Source: a virus
Lineage: Duplodnaviria; Caudoviricetes
IMG/VR virus record: IMGVR_UViG_3300009082_000959
Length of the DNA stretch: 64,000 bases
Strand: one strand, 5' to 3'
Shown here one piece after another: positions 47,068 to 56,953 of this stretch. How positions within the stretch are numbered: the stretch's first letter is position 1; each line of letters starts with the position of its first letter. A model generated the notes under the pieces. The model saw nothing but the letters and a program-made list of their open reading frames with translations. It had not been told where the DNA came from and searched no databases. A program made the position numbers and the translations under genes.

Positions 47068-49017
47068 ATGGCAGAGCCGCGAGTAATAAGAACAATACGA
47101 TTGGCCGTAATACGCGATGTTAGAAAAACATTTGTTGAGTGTATGTATCTTGGCGATACTGTCGAAAAAACATTTAAGTGTCCAATACCACACCCATATG
47201 CCGGCGCTGGTGGCGGCATACTAATAGGGCCGGAAGTTAATTCTGTTGTAATAATAGCAACTGGACCAAGTGAGCAAAAATATATTATTGCTTCTGTTCC
47301 TCTGAGAAAATGCTATTTCAAAGATGGCGTTTCCTCAGATATGCCCTATAACGCAACTCAGTTTCCAGACCTACAAGAAGGACAGATAATACTTAAGTCA
47401 TCTGGGTCTGGATCAAATATAAATCTCACACCCGATGGCAATATAAAATTAAGCGCAAGTCTCGGCGTTAGTGGGTCCAGTGTGGAGCTATCTCCCTATT
47501 CAAAAACCACTTTTTTTAGGTCTGAAAATATCTGTAGTTTTACTGAGGCTGGAAGAAAAATAGACGGCATAGTAAAAAGAGATAAGAACAAACAAGAAAA
47601 TACATTCGATACAAATACAGCTAATTTCTTAAACGGCGATGATTATGAGGCACTATTAACAAAAATAGGACGATCTCCGCAAAACGAGGTTCAATTACGA
47701 ACGAACAAAATAAGCAGAGACACCATAAGAAATCCTCCATTAGTAGAGAAGAGAAGCATAGTATATGAGTATGCTGATAGTTTTAATGTCAGATATTTAT
47801 CTGGCGAAATCAGTTCTATGGCAAAACCAAATCAAGACGGCGGCGTTGACAATTTGCTATCCCCGCACGGAAGCAGACAATCCAGGCGAACTGATGTTCT
47901 AAACCTAAATATGCTTAATTTCAATCATTTAATAGAGAAGGTTGAAGGAACACTTGTTGATATTTATGGAAATATATTAGATATAAATAGAAATGTCATA
48001 AAAATACCTGATACTTCCACGCTAAATACGAATACCAATATTTCTGAATCCCTACAAACACTTTATAAGACGCTTCGTAGATCTGTCAAATATCATCTAG
48101 AAATTAACTCAAGAAAAGAACTTTCTGGTAGCGATGAATCAAGCAAAGATAGTGCATCTAACCATGCAGAACATAGTAGGTGGAGTTTCGATGTTGATGG
48201 AGAAGGTCTAACAAAAATAAATATTCCTGCTTCGTCAAATACTGGTAATATTCCAATATTAAGTAGATATCTTACGTCTATCCCGGACGTGACTGAATCA
48301 GACAAAAAGGGTGATGGTAGTTTTAGAGACGGCAATGGTATAGATATAAAACTTATGCCGTTTGGTGAGTCTGGCCCCAGCATATCAACCACGGACTCAT
48401 TTAATTTAGCTGAAGGAGCACAACTAGAAGGTGCCGGAACTGCACACCACAACATGATGGAAACTGCACAGCTAATTAAAGATTCTGGTTGGCACGGAAC
48501 AAAAGATAGAATGGTTTCAGCCATTAATAACAAAATTGGAGACTTTGATGCAAATGCTGGTGGACGCAGTTTACACGCAAACCTTGATGGAAGTGCAGAA
48601 ATATCTATAGGAGCAGATGTTGCTGATTCTAAATCACTTTTATTGGATTTAAAGGGCGGAATTATATCTCACTATGGAAAGGATTTATCTGGAGTAAGCG
48701 TAATGCACCAATCTGATGGTGCCGTTATAATACAGATAGGTGAATCTAGTAGTCCCGGCAAATTAGAAATACATGTAGCGGGAATGAGCAATACGCAAAA
48801 AATAATCATAGATGAAAGAGGAATGACGCTAGATATTCAAGGAAATACAGTTTTTAAATCAAGCGGTGATATGTCTATTATGTCTGATACTCGCCTACTA
48901 ATGAATGGTAAGATGAACTTTCATCATGGCTCTTGCGACACAGAAGTTGGAGGAACTAGGGCTATACAGGGAACAGAATCACTATGGATTAGAACTGGGA
49001 TACCAAATACCTGGTAA
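47068..49017 (+). CDS. Baseplate central spike (gp5/VgrG-like OB fold plus beta-helix)
   Basis: N-terminal CPIPHPYAGAGGGILIGPEVNSVVII and C-terminal short beta-strand repeats. It follows the hub gene. Confidence 0.7.
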   Translation: MAEPRVIRTIRLAVIRDVRKTFVECMYLGDTVEKTFKCPIPHPYAGAGGGILIGPEVNSVVIIATGPSEQKYIIASVPLRKCYFKDGVSSDMPYNATQFPDLQEGQIILKSSGSGSNINLTPDGNIKLSASLGVSGSSVELSPYSKTTFFRSENICSFTEAGRKIDGIVKRDKNKQENTFDTNTANFLNGDDYEALLTKIGRSPQNEVQLRTNKISRDTIRNPPLVEKRSIVYEYADSFNVRYLSGEISSMAKPNQDGGVDNLLSPHGSRQSRRTDVLNLNMLNFNHLIEKVEGTLVDIYGNILDINRNVIKIPDTSTLNTNTNISESLQTLYKTLRRSVKYHLEINSRKELSGSDESSKDSASNHAEHSRWSFDVDGEGLTKINIPASSNTGNIPILSRYLTSIPDVTESDKKGDGSFRDGNGIDIKLMPFGESGPSISTTDSFNLAEGAQLEGAGTAHHNMMETAQLIKDSGWHGTKDRMVSAINNKIGDFDANAGGRSLHANLDGSAEISIGADVADSKSLLLDLKGGIISHYGKDLSGVSVMHQSDGAVIIQIGESSSPGKLEIHVAGMSNTQKIIIDERGMTLDIQGNTVFKSSGDMSIMSDTRLLMNGKMNFHHGSCDTEVGGTRAIQGTESLWIRTGIPNTW

Positions 49018-49053
49018 AATTTTTTACATTTAATGTGGAGTTGGAGCAAGAAA

Positions 49054-49857
49054 ATGAAAATTTGTAGCAAATGTAAAGCAGAAAAAGAAGAAAGTGCGTT
49101 CTGTAAAGATAAAAGTAAAAAAGATGGATTAAATTCTTGGTGTAAAGATTGCGCTCACCAGAATCGCGAAAAAAACAAAGATGAACGTCGTCCAAAGAGT
49201 AAGAAATATTATGAAGAAAATAAAGAGAGTATTTTGGAAAGAAAAAAAATTTGGCGCATTAATAACAAAGAAAAAATTGCCGGCCGCGACAAGCAATATC
49301 TTGTTGAGCATAGAGAAAAAATTAACGACAAGAATAGGCGTTGGCGCAAAAATAATCCAGAGAAACTAAAAAAATCAAAAAAACTATATTATGAAAATAA
49401 CAAAGAAGAAATTTTAGCAAATAGGAAACACAATTACAAAGAAAACAATGAAGAAATTAAAAAACAACGAAAATTGTGGGATAAACGAAATAGGAAAAAT
49501 ATTACAGCAAAAGAGAAAGAGCGCAGGAAAAACGATATTAATTATAGAATATCATGTAATCTTAGATCTCGTTTAAATAGTGCATTAAAAAATAACCAAA
49601 AATCAGGCTCTGCTGTTCGAGACTTGGGTTGCACTATTGCGGAACTTAAAACTTGGTTAGAGCAACAGTTTCAACCGGGAATGACTTGGGAAAATTATGG
49701 TGAGTGGGAAATAGACCATATCCTACCGCTTTCCAAATTTGACTTAGGTGATAGAAAACAACTTCTTAAAGTCTGTAATTGGTTTAATTTGCAGCCACTT
49801 TGGGCAGAAGATAATATAAAAAAGGGTAATAAGGTTGACATTATTGAAAATAAATAA
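49054..49857 (+). mobile_element. Second HNH-type putative homing endonuclease, paralog of 41416
   Basis: ATG 49054 with SD GGAG. CSKC...CKDC, about 8 15-aa repeats, WEIDHILP...CNWFNLQPLWAEDNIKKG. Confidence 0.85.
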
Positions 49858-49890
49858 TACTAGTTTAATTATACCAAAAACAGGAATACA

Positions 49891-51867
49891 ATGGTAAATT
49901 TTCATTTTATTAAAGACCCACAAGCATTAGCTGTTATAGACGAGATTTTAGAGTTAGTTGGCCCAAATTTTACAGCACCATATGATGCTGACGCTCAACC
50001 ATCGGATGGTGTAAAGCGCAATGATGAGAGCTTAACGCAGTTTGATATTCCTGGTGGAATTACAATTAAAAGCGTACAGAATACACAAATAAACCCAAGT
50101 ATGGGGTTTGTTATAAGTAGTTTATTGACAATTCTGTCACCAATAATTTCTGCTTATGGATTTTTGTTACCAATACTGGGCATAATAAAGGCAATAATAG
50201 AAATACTATGTTGTTTAATGAATCCATATTGTATTATAGGGGCTGTTATAAGGCTTTTTGAAAAATATCTTCCACCATTTATATCTTTGTTTCCACCATC
50301 TGCTGGCATTGTGCTGATAAAAAGTGTAATAAAACTTATTTTGGCCCTGGTATATTATGTTATGACGGAGATTGCTCCAACAATACAACTTATAATAGAT
50401 AATGTTAAGAAAATAGTGTCTGCTTTCGATAGTAACCCAGTTAATTTAGCGAGTGCAGAAATAGGAAAACAAAAAATACTTACTATTATTACTGACCTAT
50501 CAAATAGAATAGGACTATTATCGGTTCTTAAACCAATATTAGAACTAATATTTCTTTTATTGCAATTAATATCCGGAATTCCATGTGGTTCTGGAGAAGC
50601 GTCAAGTGAGAGTATGCCAATGCTTGGGGTTTTTGCTCCATCGGTCTTCGGTGGTGTGGGTTCTCTGTTTAATACTAGTCTTCCTGATACAAATTGTTGT
50701 AATACATCACAGTGCCCAGAAGAACTTGCTGTGCCACCAAGAGGAACTGGCATGGTCGCCAGAACCTCATATGGTGATGATATACCTAACTTTTCTTGGC
50801 AATTAATACCATTAACAGGCCAAACAAATGTTCCAAAATTACGACAGTATCTACAAAATCTTAAGTCACAGTTAGACCCACAGCTTGATGAGCCAGTTAG
50901 TATTGCGGCACCAATAGGATCTCGCTACGATGCATCACACCTTCGTGTTAGAATAACTGGGAGACGGGATCAGATTATATGCCTTGAACACGCCGGCGAC
51001 ACAAACGTTAATATCACTGGAGAATCATTTCCAATAACGGATATCCAGGATAACGGAGTTATTGTTTTTAGGGGTCTCAGTGGGGTTGTGTTACGGGGAA
51101 TGGTTGATTATTGTATAGAACCAAATTTTGAGCAACTTATCGCAAACAGCATTATAGGAGTTGGGTGTCATCCACGTGTAATAGCGGCAAAGGATAAAAT
51201 TAGAAATCAGTTTGGTGAAATTATGGAACAATCTGCCCTTAACAGATTCCCAGAGTTAGTTGGTTTTGATACAAGATACAATGAATTATATAAAAAGTTG
51301 CAAAATTACATAAATGGGATTAGAAATATAGTAGATAAACCAATAGAGGATTTCGATTCTGGGGATGGCCCAGCAATACAGAGCATACAAGACAATATTT
51401 TGAGCGATCTTCTAGATTACTCTAAGGATTTAATTTCTGTTTTAAATGTAATTGTTTCAAGAATGTCAGACGGTGTAATGAGTTTTCTAGAGATTGATAA
51501 AAATATAGCGCGCGCGGGTGGCTCTGACTTTGCAATTATAAGAATAACTCCACGTGATGTATCTGGAACAGCAATAATGAAAAATATGAGAGATAATGTT
51601 GTACTAGATGTTCAAATTTTTACAGATTTTGGGACAATAAAAAATAAACGATTTGATATTTCGACAGGCTCCACCATTGCCGAAATATCTTCGCCACTAC
51701 CAGGGACATCATCTATCACCGCCAAGGTTGGTGACAAAATGATATTAGCGCAATATGGAAGTTCAGACCTAAAAACTGAGACGGTGCGGTTCGTTGCTGA
51801 TGCAGTTCTTCCAAAGAGACGACATCGTCAAAAATCAACAACTGACATAGAGCCAGGTAACCGGTAA
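49891..51867 (+). CDS. Baseplate-region protein with hydrophobic helical N-terminal part and C-terminal Ig-like domain
   Basis: Long hydrophobic helices (aa about 70-230), Cys clusters, and an invasin-like C-terminus (AIIRITPRD...AEISSPLPGTSSITAKV). Confidence 0.65.
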   Translation: MVNFHFIKDPQALAVIDEILELVGPNFTAPYDADAQPSDGVKRNDESLTQFDIPGGITIKSVQNTQINPSMGFVISSLLTILSPIISAYGFLLPILGIIKAIIEILCCLMNPYCIIGAVIRLFEKYLPPFISLFPPSAGIVLIKSVIKLILALVYYVMTEIAPTIQLIIDNVKKIVSAFDSNPVNLASAEIGKQKILTIITDLSNRIGLLSVLKPILELIFLLLQLISGIPCGSGEASSESMPMLGVFAPSVFGGVGSLFNTSLPDTNCCNTSQCPEELAVPPRGTGMVARTSYGDDIPNFSWQLIPLTGQTNVPKLRQYLQNLKSQLDPQLDEPVSIAAPIGSRYDASHLRVRITGRRDQIICLEHAGDTNVNITGESFPITDIQDNGVIVFRGLSGVVLRGMVDYCIEPNFEQLIANSIIGVGCHPRVIAAKDKIRNQFGEIMEQSALNRFPELVGFDTRYNELYKKLQNYINGIRNIVDKPIEDFDSGDGPAIQSIQDNILSDLLDYSKDLISVLNVIVSRMSDGVMSFLEIDKNIARAGGSDFAIIRITPRDVSGTAIMKNMRDNVVLDVQIFTDFGTIKNKRFDISTGSTIAEISSPLPGTSSITAKVGDKMILAQYGSSDLKTETVRFVADAVLPKRRHRQKSTTDIEPGNR

Positions 51868-53288
51868 TGTCAAATAAAAATAATGACTTTGATTTTGAAA
51901 AATTTGCCGTTGATGCAATAAACCAAATAGATGGAATCAGATCCTATTTCGATCTTGGAACGTCTCTTGGTTCAGAGCAACAATTAAATTCTGGAAGCCC
52001 TATATCGACAAAAAACAAACAAAGGGAATCAAGAATAAATGCATTTTATAGATTGATTGGGTTACCAGCAGTATTACCAGCAAAAAAAGAGTCCACACAG
52101 GAACGTGTGGCGATAATTGACAGACACAATAACGGAAATGTTCATGAATCTTTAAGAATGGACACATCTATAGGTGGATTCGAAATTGAAAAATCACTTA
52201 AAGAGCGGCAGACCAATTTTACCAGCAAAATCACGCCTAAAGAGATAGACACATTTTTAGTAAACAATGTGTCAAAAATATCTGGCAGCGTTACCACAAA
52301 TGCTTCGGACAAAAGACTTCGTGGACATTTGTTTCCAATGGTTGTTGATGGCCGCATTAGGGTTCATCCGGCAAGGAGGCGTATTGCTGGTGCATTTCTT
52401 GATAAAGATTCTTATGAAAAACGATGGGAAAAAGACATTTATCCACCGCCGCTGATAGAGCAAATTTTATACATTCGATTAAAAGGTTCATCTGTCGTGA
52501 ATTCAGAGAGTCAAAGTTCGCTTGGGTCTATGCCACTAAAAGACCTTATTGTTGATTTCAAAAACAGCCTTGATCTTGCACTTAACAGTATTGCTCCGTC
52601 ATATGAACGGGCTGTGGAAACAGCAAACAAAGTAAAGGCAAGCATAGGAAGTGACGTAGTTCCAGTTATAGCGAACGTTGCTCACGAAAACCATGATTTG
52701 GTTGAACCGGTAGAGCCGAAAAGGTCTGGTCAACTCAATGTGGAACAAGCACAGGTAGCGGCAAGAAAAGCAATTCAAGAAGCAAAATTATGGTTACTTG
52801 GGTTTAATGATACGGATTTTTCACTGGAGACCAAAAATGTGTATTCAAGTGGATTATTATCGTCATTAATAGAAATACAGGTTCCACGTAATGCAATATC
52901 ACAAGCAAAACGAATAGAGGATAGGGTAGAGGAAGCGGTTGCAGAGACAGAATCTCTTTTAAAACAAGCAGTTAGGAGCATTGAGCTTTCGCTTGGATCA
53001 TTTTCTGGTATTTCTGGAATAGATATATTAGTAACTATTGTTGCTCTTTTCCAAATAAACGAAGAACATCTTGTTGCACTTTTAAACAAGGATTCCAAAG
53101 ATAGACTTGAAATTTTAAAGGGAAATTTAGAAAGTTTACAAAAAGCTGCTAATATTTCTATATATGATGCAGTTAAAGTTTTACAAGATAAAGTATCAGA
53201 GTTGATCGACTCTGTTTCAAATTATATTAAAGACACAAGCCTAATAACCAAGAAAGAACTACAAAATTCACAGGAAACAGAAGAATAA
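51867..53288 (+). CDS. Hypothetical mostly helical protein in the baseplate cluster
   Basis: 473 aa ORF with TAATG stop-start overlaps at both ends. Confidence 0.7.
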   Translation: MSNKNNDFDFEKFAVDAINQIDGIRSYFDLGTSLGSEQQLNSGSPISTKNKQRESRINAFYRLIGLPAVLPAKKESTQERVAIIDRHNNGNVHESLRMDTSIGGFEIEKSLKERQTNFTSKITPKEIDTFLVNNVSKISGSVTTNASDKRLRGHLFPMVVDGRIRVHPARRRIAGAFLDKDSYEKRWEKDIYPPPLIEQILYIRLKGSSVVNSESQSSLGSMPLKDLIVDFKNSLDLALNSIAPSYERAVETANKVKASIGSDVVPVIANVAHENHDLVEPVEPKRSGQLNVEQAQVAARKAIQEAKLWLLGFNDTDFSLETKNVYSSGLLSSLIEIQVPRNAISQAKRIEDRVEEAVAETESLLKQAVRSIELSLGSFSGISGIDILVTIVALFQINEEHLVALLNKDSKDRLEILKGNLESLQKAANISIYDAVKVLQDKVSELIDSVSNYIKDTSLITKKELQNSQETEE

Positions 53289-53713
53289 TGTCATTTGATT
53301 TTGCATTGGTTAATAACGACCTAAAAATACAGACAGATGGAACTATGAAAACGGTAAAGGATACCGAAAAACTACGACAAGATATAGTTAAAATAATAAT
53401 AACTCAACTTGGATCAAATAGATTTCATTCTTGGTATGGATGTTCGGTTAGTGACGACATCATAGGTAAAGAATTACCTGTCAATATGATGGAAATGGAC
53501 ATAAAGTCGTCGGTTACACAGTCACTTGATAGACTTCGTGTTTTGCAAACACAGCAACTTACCGGCCAAAAAGTTAGTATGGCTGAATTAATACATATAA
53601 TTGGAGAGGTGGTATCCTATCGTTCTTTAGATGATCCACGAGAAGTAAAAATTCAAGCAACCGTGTATTCTAAGAGACTCACAGAGATAAGTGAAGAATT
53701 TACACTAGTTTAA
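53288..53713 (+). CDS. Baseplate wedge protein, gp25/GPW-like (sheath initiator)
   Basis: EKLRQDIVKIIITQLGSNRFHSWYGC motif, 141 aa, directly before the baseplate J-like gene. Confidence 0.9.
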   Translation: MSFDFALVNNDLKIQTDGTMKTVKDTEKLRQDIVKIIITQLGSNRFHSWYGCSVSDDIIGKELPVNMMEMDIKSSVTQSLDRLRVLQTQQLTGQKVSMAELIHIIGEVVSYRSLDDPREVKIQATVYSKRLTEISEEFTLV

Positions 53714-53725
53714 TCGAGGTTCTGT

Positions 53726-56700
53726 ATGGCTATATTTAAAAGTTTTAATGATTTGGTCGTCTCTTATATAGAATACCTTAGGTTGGTACAGCCAGAATTA
53801 GATACAAAGCCTGGAACCGTGGCAAGAGATGTATTTATTGATGCACAGGCACAGCAGCTTGCGAATTTATATTCTCAATTAAAGTCAATAGCTGACCTTC
53901 AGTCACTATTCTCCGCCTCAGGCTCTGATATAGATAAGCTTGCATCAAATTACGGTGCGAGCAGAATTAGTGGTTCTGCCTCAACAGGAACCGTTGTATT
54001 TACCACAAACAATATGGACGTTGACGTACTTATACCAAGAGGATCTGTGGTTACCGCACGAAATGGCGTTAATTTTGAAACACTTAGTGATACAATACTT
54101 AGGTCTGATAGTGCAAACGTTTATCGCGCAAATGCTGTTAGAATGAGAGCTGATTTGGCTCTGGCTAGTATTACGGATGAGTTTGCTATAGAAACGACAG
54201 TGCAAGCTCTTACTTCTGGGATTTCTGGTAATATAGGAAGATTTTATGTAGTTTCTCATAATATAGACAGCATATCTAATGTTACAAATATTTCATCGTT
54301 TTCCGGCGGCAATGATTCGGAGAGTGACGATGAGTTTGTTAATAGAATATTAAGCATTTTTTCAGGAAGCAATACTGGAACAGCATTAGGATATTCTACG
54401 GCACTAAGTGTTGTTCCTGGCATTTCTGATTCTGAAATTGTTGTCCCAGGTGATCCACTTCTAATAAGAGACGGAACACAAGTTACAACGAACTCTGTGG
54501 GCGAACTAGCTGTGTCTGATCCTGGAAGTGGTGGTAAAGTTGATATATATACACTTGGGTCAGATTTGGTAAGCGAAATAGATTCGTTTATATATAATGA
54601 CAAAAGTGGTAACGACGACCCGATCAATACTATAAATGATTTTATATTAGGTCAAAAGGGAGAAAGCACTACACTTAATGCTGCCCAGAGACGTGTATCT
54701 CTCATATCGGCAGATGACTTGCCATATCAACCAATAGATTCTGTTACTGGTGTGTCAGGCAGTTCTTCTGGATCAAATTTTATAGAAAAATACACAGATA
54801 CAGACGGTGCAATAAAGGGAAATTATGAGTTAATAAAAGATACTGGAGATTTTGGAGGCAGTCCGTTTGGTTTTGATAAATTGCACTGGATTTCCAATAC
54901 AATATCGCTAGATGCAGAAGACGTATCCAAGGGTATTTTTAATGGGTCAGATGGCCTGAGTTTTACTGATATCAGCGGAATATCAGAAATAACACAGGAT
55001 TATTTGGTAACTAATGAAAACCCAATCCTAAGTTCTTCCTCGAGAAGTTCTTTGACTTTAAGACACACTCCAATCAGAAGTGTTAGTCGCATTGTCAATC
55101 TTACAACAGGTGAGAGATATCTAGTATCAAACCAAAACCCAGATGGTTCTTCTGGTTCGCTTAATGAAACTGGTAGAATAACTATTACCGGTAGTACTCT
55201 TCCCGTCAGCACCGATACATTGCAGGTAGATTATACGTGGGTAAAAAAATTCGATAGTAATTTGGATTTTGATAATATATCCTCATACAATTCATTAAGA
55301 ACCGCACAAGATTCCGTTGATTGGGGATTTGGTAATTTAGTAAAAGACGAACCGGCCACCATTACTAATACTGGTGGAGTGTTTACTGTTTCGGTATCAC
55401 ATCCAGTGTACAGTGTTATTTCGGTAAACATTTTATCTACGTCAACATCTATCGTAAATAATGGAACAATAAATGTTGGACAGTTGGTTTCAAATGTTAT
55501 TGATATACGCAGAGTTTCTGACGGAGCAGAACTATTTAATACAGATTCACAGTCCGGCGCACTAACTGGAACAAGCTCGATAATATTACCAACAGATTCC
55601 TTAGCTGAAGATGGCGATAGTGCTGTTGTGAGATTCAATTCAGTAGATGTTTACTCTCCAGATGGATATAGTGGAAGTTTTAACGACGCTACCATAACAT
55701 TGCCGGATTCTGGCTTAATTACAGGAAACGAGAGTGTTTTAGTGAATTACATAGCCGATGTTAATACACTGATATCAGAAAGAGAAATATCTACTCTTCC
55801 GGCAATTGGGTATCAGAACACATTCTTGGTTGATGGGTCATATACTGGGGAACAACCTACATCGAATGTGTTTGGATTATCCGGGAATTATACAAAAAAC
55901 TTAAGACGCGCAGCAACTAATGTAATCGTTAATGCGACATCTATTCCGGCAGAGGGTTCAATCGTTGTATCTGGAACGGCACTCAATAAAATAGAGGATG
56001 CAATAGTCGTTGTTACATCTGGGTCCGGATATCAAGTTGATTTACGATCTGCAATACTATCTGATATTAATTCTACATCTGTACCGAACTCTATTGCGAT
56101 TGCAAGACTTATAAAATTAGAACGGGTTAATGTAAATAGCTCTGGCGTTATACAATCGGTTGATAATGTGTATGACACAATTAACTACAAACTTAATGAT
56201 AATTCATTTGATTTAGATAAATCTTTAAAGAATTCGTCTTTAAATACAACATCAGTGGAACTTCCGCGCACGACTGGTAACTCGGATGCAATTTTGGTGA
56301 CTGGTGACATAGTTAGGGTTTCGTTCTATTATACAAGAACCGGTGTCGTAGAGCAATTGTTTTATTCTAGGAATGGTGTAAAAATTACAGACAACATATT
56401 TTCTTACATAAACAGAATATCTCTTGGGTCTGGGTTTCGAGATGCAACCGGTACACTTCGCGGAAACATAGAGGTTAAAAATTATAATCAACCAGTTAGC
56501 AACACTCCTTATAGTGTAGATTACAATTATATTGCGCCAAAAGAGAATGAAAGAATAACTATCACATTTAATTACAATGCAATAGTTAATTCTGCAACAA
56601 AAGCTATAGAAAATGTTAGACCAATAACTGCCGACGTTCTTGTAAAATCTGCAATTGAAAAATCAATTGATGTAAACATAAAAATTGTTCTTTTGTCTGA

Positions 56701-56953
56701 ATATATTTCTCAAGAACAGACGGTTATACAGGACGCAATAGATGTGGTTACTAATTTCTTAAACGCAAGTAGTTTGGGAACGACAGTTGATGCATCAGAT
56801 ATAGTTAATGTTTTGTATTCTGTGAGTGGTATAGACCGTGTCAGTATAATTAGTTTTAGTACCAATGGGACCGGAAATGTTTTGAGTATAACGGCAAGTA
56901 AGAATCAGTATTTAAGTGCAGGAGCCGTTACTATTCAGGCAGAGGTAAGATAA
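53726..56953 (+). CDS. Baseplate J/gp6-like wedge protein with large insertion
   Basis: DTKPGTVARD, DIDKLASNYG..R..G..STG.V.F, GGNDSESDDEFVNRI, C-terminal FLNASSLGTTVDASDI...SVSGIDRV. Confidence 0.9.
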   Translation: MAIFKSFNDLVVSYIEYLRLVQPELDTKPGTVARDVFIDAQAQQLANLYSQLKSIADLQSLFSASGSDIDKLASNYGASRISGSASTGTVVFTTNNMDVDVLIPRGSVVTARNGVNFETLSDTILRSDSANVYRANAVRMRADLALASITDEFAIETTVQALTSGISGNIGRFYVVSHNIDSISNVTNISSFSGGNDSESDDEFVNRILSIFSGSNTGTALGYSTALSVVPGISDSEIVVPGDPLLIRDGTQVTTNSVGELAVSDPGSGGKVDIYTLGSDLVSEIDSFIYNDKSGNDDPINTINDFILGQKGESTTLNAAQRRVSLISADDLPYQPIDSVTGVSGSSSGSNFIEKYTDTDGAIKGNYELIKDTGDFGGSPFGFDKLHWISNTISLDAEDVSKGIFNGSDGLSFTDISGISEITQDYLVTNENPILSSSSRSSLTLRHTPIRSVSRIVNLTTGERYLVSNQNPDGSSGSLNETGRITITGSTLPVSTDTLQVDYTWVKKFDSNLDFDNISSYNSLRTAQDSVDWGFGNLVKDEPATITNTGGVFTVSVSHPVYSVISVNILSTSTSIVNNGTINVGQLVSNVIDIRRVSDGAELFNTDSQSGALTGTSSIILPTDSLAEDGDSAVVRFNSVDVYSPDGYSGSFNDATITLPDSGLITGNESVLVNYIADVNTLISEREISTLPAIGYQNTFLVDGSYTGEQPTSNVFGLSGNYTKNLRRAATNVIVNATSIPAEGSIVVSGTALNKIEDAIVVVTSGSGYQVDLRSAILSDINSTSVPNSIAIARLIKLERVNVNSSGVIQSVDNVYDTINYKLNDNSFDLDKSLKNSSLNTTSVELPRTTGNSDAILVTGDIVRVSFYYTRTGVVEQLFYSRNGVKITDNIFSYINRISLGSGFRDATGTLRGNIEVKNYNQPVSNTPYSVDYNYIAPKENERITITFNYNAIVNSATKAIENVRPITADVLVKSAIEKSIDVNIKIVLLSEYISQEQTVIQDAIDVVTNFLNASSLGTTVDASDIVNVLYSVSGIDRVSIISFSTNGTGNVLSITASKNQYLSAGAVTIQAEVR

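Noticed and set aside
8795-49053. Tracked start codons at 8795, 11787, 20723, 37556 and 49033
   Set aside because: For four of them a downstream ATG (8834, 11811, 20738, 49054) has better SD spacing or avoids overlap. 37556 is better explained as internal to the frameshift product.
814-49857. Endonuclease genes as group I intron ORFs splitting host genes
   Set aside because: Flanking genes have complete-looking ends and their own starts, and the gaps of a few to about 35 nt leave no room for an intron core.
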